Source: Felis catus (lineage: Eukaryota). Taken from it: 64,000 bases of DNA. The stretch covers positions 30,566,001-30,630,000 of the forward strand of contig NC_058372.1 in the NCBI RefSeq assembly GCF_018350175.1, read 5' to 3'. This document shows positions 57,701 to 64,000 of this stretch, piece by piece. Positions within the stretch are counted from its first letter, which is position 1. Each line of letters opens with the position of its first letter. The notes beneath the pieces were generated by a model, which did no database searches, was not told where the DNA came from, and worked only from the letters and a program-made list of their open reading frames with translations. The translations under genes and the position numbers were made by a program.

Positions 57701-58343
57701 CCATGAACAAGTTTATTGCTAGTGTACAAGTATTCCAGTCTCTTCTCTCACGGAGAGTGCTTTTTGGACTAAAGTATTCTTAGCGAATTGGAAGTAAGAG
57801 GGAGGACAGTTGGCATATATTCTGTTTAATTTTCACAGTGTTAACTTCATTGTCCTGTTTCTTTATCTGTGATATTTTATTCTGAGATTGTAACTGTCTC
57901 CTGCTGAACTAAGATTATCTTATGTTCTGGTCCCTTCACCAGACATTAATCTCCATCTTTCGGTTTAGCTACCTTCCACAACTCCTTTACCCTCCATTAG
58001 GCATTAGTTGGCATACTATTGGGCTAGTCTGAAAATGGCTACTAGGAACCTAATCTAACCCTCACAAACTTTCTCAGACGAGATAGAGCGTGACAAGCAA
58101 TCTCTCCAATCTTCTCTGGAATAAAACTATCTGAAGACATTAACAGATCAGCTCCTCCACTTCTTTCCAGCAGCTCTGACAAATCCCACCCACCTTGACT
58201 CCTTACCAAAGGATTCCCCCTTCCCTGATTAGTCAATGCACCCCATAGATTGAAACTACAGAACTTTCCAGCACTTTCTCAAACATGGATCTACTAGTCT
58301 TGCCTATTGTCATTCCATTTCAATCAGAGCCCTCCTGGCTCAC

Positions 58344-58600
58344 CTATTGTCCCGCCGCCTTCGATCCAGTTTAATAATGTTCCAACTGCGGAGCCCCTGT
58401 GCGTGGGGGCTCCTTTAACATCCAAACGGCGCAGCCGGTGTTCCCCCACCCCCCACCCGCCCCGCCCTACAACTTTGAGCGGACTCCGGACCTACCATCC
58501 CCTACCATCCCGATTCCTAAATAGCCCATGAGGTCAGAGGCAGCACCCCCATTGTAACGCGTCTGGGGAGCCAGCGTCAACATACCCACCCCCGCCCTGC
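58344..58600 (-). other. Probable non-coding first exon of HSPA1L (5' limit uncertain)
   Basis: Strong donor TAG|GTGAGC at 58344/58343, at the edge of the CpG-rich bidirectional promoter; pairs with the acceptor at 56959. Confidence 0.45.
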
Positions 58601-58676
58601 CTCCGGCCCTGCCAGCCCCTCCCACCTCCTCGCGCCGACCCCCGCCCTCCTCGAAGCTTTGCAAGCCCAGCAAGCC

Positions 58677-58851
58677 CCAGAAGAGTCTGGAGAGTTCTGG
58701 GAGGGGCGGCACCCAGAACGCTGATTGGTCCCAGAAAGCCTGGAGGCAGGACGCGATGCGAAACCGCTAGAATATTCCCGGCCTGGCAGCCCCGCAGAGC
58801 TCCGTGATTGGCTGAGGACAGAAAAGGTGGGGCTCGATGAGGCGTTATAAA
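58677..58851 (+). promoter_or_regulatory. Heat-inducible Hsp70 promoter, shared bidirectionally with HSPA1L
   Basis: Distal HSE CCAGAAGAGTCTGGAGAGTTCTGG 58677-58700; GC box 58703-58709; inverted CCAAT boxes (ATTGG) 58724-58728 and 58807-58811; proximal HSE CTAGAATATTCCCG 58767-58780; TATAAA 58846-58851. This is the canonical mammalian HSP70-1 layout. Confidence 0.92.
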
Positions 58852-59067
58852 CACAGAGCCGCCCCGTCCCGAAAAACAGCAAGCCTGCGGAGAAGCCTTC
58901 GGGGTTCAGGCGGTGACCGCTAGCGCAATTTCCACAGACCGGCTGAGTCGGGCTCCCCGCAAGTTCGAGTTTGCAGCTTCGGAACAGACCGAGTTCCTCG
59001 TCGCGTATCCCGACCGACGCTCACGAAGGCTGAACCTCAGCGCCGGGTAAGGGAGCAGGACACCGAC

Positions 59068-60993
59068 ATGGCTAAAACCGCAGCCATCGGCATCGACCTG
59101 GGCACCACCTACTCATGCGTGGGGGTGTTCCANNNNNNNNNNNNNNNNNNNNNNNNNNNNNNNNNNNNNNNNNNNNNNNNNNNNNNNNNNNNNNNNNNNN
59201 NNNNNNNNNNNNNNNNNNNNNNNNNNNNNNNNNNNNNNNNNNNNNNNNNNNNNNNNNNNNNNNNNNNNNNNNNNNNNNNNNNNNNNNNNNNNNNNNNNNN
59301 NNNNNNNNNNNNNNNNNNNNNNNNNNNNNNNNNNNNNCCTTTCCGGGTGATCAACGNNNNNNNNNNNNNNNNNNNNNNNNNNNNNNNNNNNNNNNNNNNN
59401 NNNNNNNNNNNNNNNNNNNNNNNNNNNNNNNNNNNNNNNNNNNNNNNNNNNNNNNNNNNNNNNNNNNNNNNNNNNNNNNNNNNNNNNNNNNNNNNNNNNN
59501 NNNNNNNNNNNNNNNNNNNNNNNNNNNNNNNNNNNNNNNNNNNNNACGCGGGGGTGNNNNNNNNNNNNNNNNNNNNNNNNNNNNNNNNNNNNNNNNNNNN
59601 NNNNNNNNNNNNNNNNNNNNNNNNNNNNNNNNNNNNNNNNNNNNNNNNNNNNNNNNNNNNNNNNNNNNNNNNNNNNNNNNNNNNNNNNNNNNNNNNNNNN
59701 NNNNNNNNNNNNNNNNNNNNNNNNNNNNNNNNNNNNNNNNNNNNNNNNNNNNNNNNNNNNNNNNNNNNNNNNNNNNNNNNNNNNNNNNNNNNNNNNNNNN
59801 NNNNNNNNNNNNNNNNNNNNNNNNNNNNNNNNNNNNNNNNNNNNNNNNNNNNNNNNNNNNNNNNNNNNNNNNNNNNNNNNNNNNNNNNNNNNNNNNNNNN
59901 NNNNNNNNNNNNNNNNNNNNNNNNNNNNNNNNNNNNNNNNNNNNNNNNNNNNNNNNNNNNNNNNNNNNNGTTCGAGGAGCTGTGCTCGGACCTGTTCCGG
60001 AGCACCCTGGAGCCGGTGGAGAAGGCTCTGCGCGACGCCAAGCTGGACAAAGCCCAGATCCACGACCTNNNNNNNNNNNNNNNNNNNNNNNNNNNNNNNN
60101 NNNNNNNNNNNNNNNNNNNNNNNNNNNNNNNNNNNNNNNNNNNNNNNNNNNNNNNNNNNNNNNNNNNNNNNNNNNNNNNNNNNNNNNNNNNNNNNNNNNN
60201 NNNNNNNNNNNNNNNNNNNNNNNNNNNNNNNNNGGACCTGTTGCNNNNNNNNNNNNNNNNNNNNNNNNNNNNNNNNNNNNNNNNNNNNNNNNNNNNNNNN
60301 NNNNNNNNNNNNNNNNNNNNNNNNNNNNNNNNNNNNNNNNNNNNNNNNNNNNNNNNNNNNNNNNNNNNNNNNNNNNNNNNNNNNNNNCAGGTGTACGAGG
60401 GTGAGAGGGCCATGACGCGGGACAATAACCTGCTGGGGCGCTTCGAGCTGAGCGGCATCCCCCCGGCCNNNNNNNNNNNNNNNNNNNNNNNNNNNNNNNN
60501 NNNNNNNNNNNNNNNNNNNNNNNNNNNNNNNNNNNNNNNNNNNNNNNNNNNNNNNNNNNNNNNNNNNNNNNNNNNNNNNNNNNNNNNNNNNNNNNNNNNN
60601 NNNNNNNNNNNNNNNNNNNNNNNNNNNNNNNNNNNNNNNNNNNNNNNNNNNNNNNNNNNNNNNNNNNNNNNNNNNNNNNNNNNNNNNNNGCTGGAGTCGT
60701 ACGCCTTCAACATGAAGAGTGCCGTGGAGGATGAGGGTCTCAAGGGGAAGATCAGCGAGGCCGACAAGAAGAAGGTGCTGGACAAGTGCCAGGAGGTCAT
60801 TTCCTGGCTGGACGCCAACACCTTGGCCGAGAAGGACGAGTTTGAGCACAAGAGGAAGGAGCTGGAGCAGGTGTGTAACCCCATCATCAGCGGACTGTAC
60901 CAGGGGGCGGGTGGCCCTGGGGCTGGTGGCTTTGGGGCTCAGGCCCCCAGAGGGGGCTCTGGGTCAGGCCCCACCATTGAGGAGGTGGATTAG
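59068..60993 (+). CDS. HSPA1A: Inducible heat shock 70 kDa protein 1 (HSPA1A position), intronless, 641 codons, mostly N-masked
   Basis: Visible islands translate in one frame: [80 protein letters not shown], ...[29 protein letters not shown]. The A versus B assignment rests only on adjacency to HSPA1L. Confidence 0.88.
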
Positions 60994-61282
60994 GAGTTCT
61001 TCCCCAGATTGCTCGTGTTTGTTGAGGAGACGGTTGGGATTCATGCCTTTTGTATTGCCTCATATATCTGCATTTCATCACCTCTCAACTTTGCAACTTG
61101 TTTGCCAAGTTTCGACTGTCTCCTTTGGTGAAATGATGAAGTTCCTTTTTTTTTTTTTTTTTTGTAGAGTCTAAACCTAGCAAGAATTTATACTGCCATC
61201 TTTTGTGCATTTTCTTTTTTGTAATATTCATCCCAAACTTAGGCCTTTTTGTTTTGTTGTTTTAACTGTTTTCTGTAGAGTA

Positions 61283-61288
61283 AATAAA
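61283..61288 (+). terminator. Probable HSPA1A polyadenylation signal
   Basis: AATAAA about 290 nt after the stop, in a U-rich 3' UTR, followed by T/GT-rich sequence. Confidence 0.6.
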
Positions 61289-62183
61289 CTCAATAATTTG
61301 ATTTTCTTGACTGTTTCTGTGTTTTATTTTGAGGTTAGAATAATTTGCATAGGTTGTCTTGTTAGTCTAAAGTTGAATGGTAATTTGTATCTTAGATAAA
61401 GGTCAGGGATCTGGAGAAGTACGTCTGTATATTGCCTTGTGATCTATTTCTTTCAAGCGAAAGAACTCTCCTTGGGAGAGTTGAAACAAATGCTTGGTAT
61501 GAGTGGATTGGGTCTGTGGATGCAGAAAAAATTACAGGCTACTGACATAGTGGTGTCAAGTTGGTGAGGGGGTTGACCTTATGTAAGGGTGGCCTCAAAA
61601 GAGGGGGGAATGGGGATGTTACTGGAGAAGCTGACAAAAAGGAGAGGCAGTTAGGGAGTAAGGCCATGTCTGCCTGTTCCTGTAAGTACACCTGATATGT
61701 CAGAGCAATGATATATAATCTGGTTTCAGCATGAAAGAACAGGTGAGTCCTAAATTGGTAGTGAGGAAATGTGAGTTCAGGCACTGGCTTGCCCAGTTAT
61801 GCATATGCCACCCTGATCTCTAGTTCTCATGTGTTAAAATGAAAGGGTTTTTTTGTTTGTTTTGCCTGGTGCCTCAGCCTTTACTTCTCATTTCCGAGAG
61901 GTTACTTAGATAGAAATGTCACATTTCTGGCTTTGGTTATTTACATTTTAAGTATCCGGTATCTTCAAGCAGTTTGTCCTTGAGTTTGGTGCCCCAAGAG
62001 AAGGACCCAGTAGTTCAGTGCCCTTAGGTACCAGGCACCGTTTTGGGGCTATGTGTTTATTAATTCTCATTCCACCACACCAAGTTTAGGTAGTGTTTGA
62101 CTTGCACAGGTGAACATAACAGGGAGATTTAAGTTACTGATTTAACTGAAATTACTTCACTGGTTAAAAAAATTTCCAGTTCA

Positions 62184-63615
62184 CGGGGCACCTAGGTGGC
62201 TCAGTTGGTTAAGCATGTGACTTTGGCTCAAGTCATGATCTCACAGTTTGTGGGTTGGAGCCCCTCATCGGGCTCTGTGCTGACAGCTCAGAACCTGGAG
62301 CCTGTTTCAGATTCTGTGTCTCCCTCTCTCTCTCTGCCCCTCCCCTGTTCATGCTCTGTCTCTGTCTCAAAAATAAATAAACATTAAAAAAAAAAATTCC
62401 AGTTCAGCAAAGGTGTTAAACCTGGATTCCAGCTCCGGTTTCCTCAGTTGTTGCCAGGCTGTCCCAAGTCCACAGGGCTTTTGTCTTTTACATGCCTGGT
62501 TCTGGGTTATTTCTAACCTAGGTTTCTCAGTCACTACCCATTTGCTTTTATTTTGTGCAATTCTAAACAATTCTATCAGAGAAACAATAGGATTGATAAC
62601 AAAGGTTTAGTATTTGTTAACTTGGAAGAGGAAGGACCCTGCATCCCTGTACTAAGAAGACTTACTACAGGCCTCCTTCCCACACACTACCTTCCCTTTG
62701 AGATGCTTCATATCCCAACTGCTAGCATTCTAGAAATAATTCCCCCCACAATTTCCTTGTTAGAAAATGCCTGCCCACAATTCTCTTGATAAGTGAACCC
62801 TTTTAAAAATCGATTGCGGGGCGCCTGGGTGGCGCAGTCGGTTAAGCGTCCGACTTCAACCAGGTCACGATCTCGCGGTCCGGGAGTTCGAGCCCCGCGT
62901 CAGGCTCTGGGCTGATGGCTCGGAGCCTGGAGCCTGCTTCCGATTCTGTGTCTCCCTCTCTCTCTGCCCCTCCCCCGTTCATGCTCTGTCTCTCTCTGTC
63001 CCAAAAATAAATAAACGTTGAAAAAAAAATTAAAAAAAAAAAAAAATCGATTGCACCTGGGGGTTACAAAGTTGTTTTAGAACAAGATAGAGGGGGTAGG
63101 TGGAGATAATTGCAAGCACCCCTGAATTGTGCACTTAACTTTTTTTCAGTGTTTATTTTTGAGAGAGTGTGTGAGCAGGGGAGGGGCAGAGAGAATTGAG
63201 ACAGAATCCGAACGAAGCAGGCTCTGAGCTATCAGCAGAAAGCCTGACATGGAACTTGAACCCACAGTAAGATCATGACCTAAGCTCAGGTTGGACATTC
63301 TACCGACTGAGCCACCCAGGTGCCCCTGAATGGTGCACTTTAAAATGGTTTTTATGTTTTGTGAATTTCACTGCAACAAAAAACAAAGAAAAGGTCTCAC
63401 TCTACATTCCATAAAAGCATTTTCTTTTTTGTTTTTTAAAGTTTTATTTATTTTGAGAGAGAATGAGAGCAAGAGAGAGAAAGAGAAAGAATCCCAAACA
63501 AGCTCATTGCTATAAGGTCGGAGCCCAATGTGGGGCTTAAACTCATGAACCTTGAGATCATGACCTGAGCCGAAATCCAGTCTAATGCTTAACAGACTGA
63601 GCCACCCAGGTGACC
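62184..63615. mobile_element. Can-SINEs downstream of HSPA1A: 62184-62395 (+), 62818-63041 (+, young), 63140-63325 (-), 63435-63615 (-)
   Basis: SINE consensus; perfect TSD AAAAATCGATTGC around the 62818 element. Confidence 0.9.
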
Positions 63616-64000
63616 CCATAAAAGCATTTTCTGTGTTCTTCAAAGCCCATCAAACCTTTTAGTAAATAATAGCCTTTGAAGAAAATCAGTTATGAGAATG
63701 ACACATACATGGTAGACCTTGCCCTGGAAGTATGGAAATGGAAATCTACAAGATGCTTAGGCTTCTAGACCATATTATAAAGGCACTTTTAACCTTCAGG
63801 AGAGTTGAGCTGTAGGGCTGTGGACTCTAGCCATAGTGTAAATCAATTTTGATGAGGATACGCATTTGCTACAGGACCTCATCTGCCCCTTAGAGCTGCA
63901 GTGACTGTCATTTGCAGATAGTACAGTGACTCTTCAGCAGCCACTACCACTATTTGGTGGAGAGGTGCAGGGGATAGGCAGGGCAGATTGGAAACCGGTG

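Noticed and set aside
58660-58700. Apparently shorter HSPA1L-HSPA1A spacer than I recall in human
   Set aside because: I recall the bovine promoter having the same direct junction, so it is probably ancestral; cannot be verified without an alignment.
59109-60887. 592, 578 and 429 aa ORFs antisense to or out of frame with HSPA1A
   Set aside because: Artefacts of N runs plus the known stop-poor antisense frame of GC-rich Hsp70 genes.
62818-62900. tRNA-like A and B boxes
   Set aside because: These are tRNA-derived SINE heads followed by a (CT)n body and A tail, not tRNA genes.

Overview
Mammalian genomic DNA, very probably a felid: it is saturated with Can-SINE/SINEC_Fc-type tRNA-derived SINEs. 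It covers part of the MHC class III region in the conserved order MSH5 (+, last 15 coding exons) > SAPCD1 (+) > VWA7 (-) < VARS1 (-) < LSM2 (-) < HSPA1L (-) / HSPA1A-type inducible Hsp70 (+). I reconstructed the exon structures by hand. All visible exons have GT-AG boundaries and keep frame. One VARS1 exon lies inside an N gap, and most of the HSPA1A CDS is N-masked at the expected length. I see no new gene or operon-like system; this is a well-known locus. The most interesting leads are: (1) VWA7 looks like a zinc-dependent phospholipase C/nuclease P1-fold ectoenzyme with a vWA domain and a GPI-like tail; (2) a SINE insertion whose target-site duplication copied an MSH5 splice donor; (3) a probable HSPA1L/HSPA1A gene-conversion tract and unusual HSPA1L substitutions; (4) very tight or overlapping gene ends. 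Comparisons with human and other orthologs are from memory, not from a database search.
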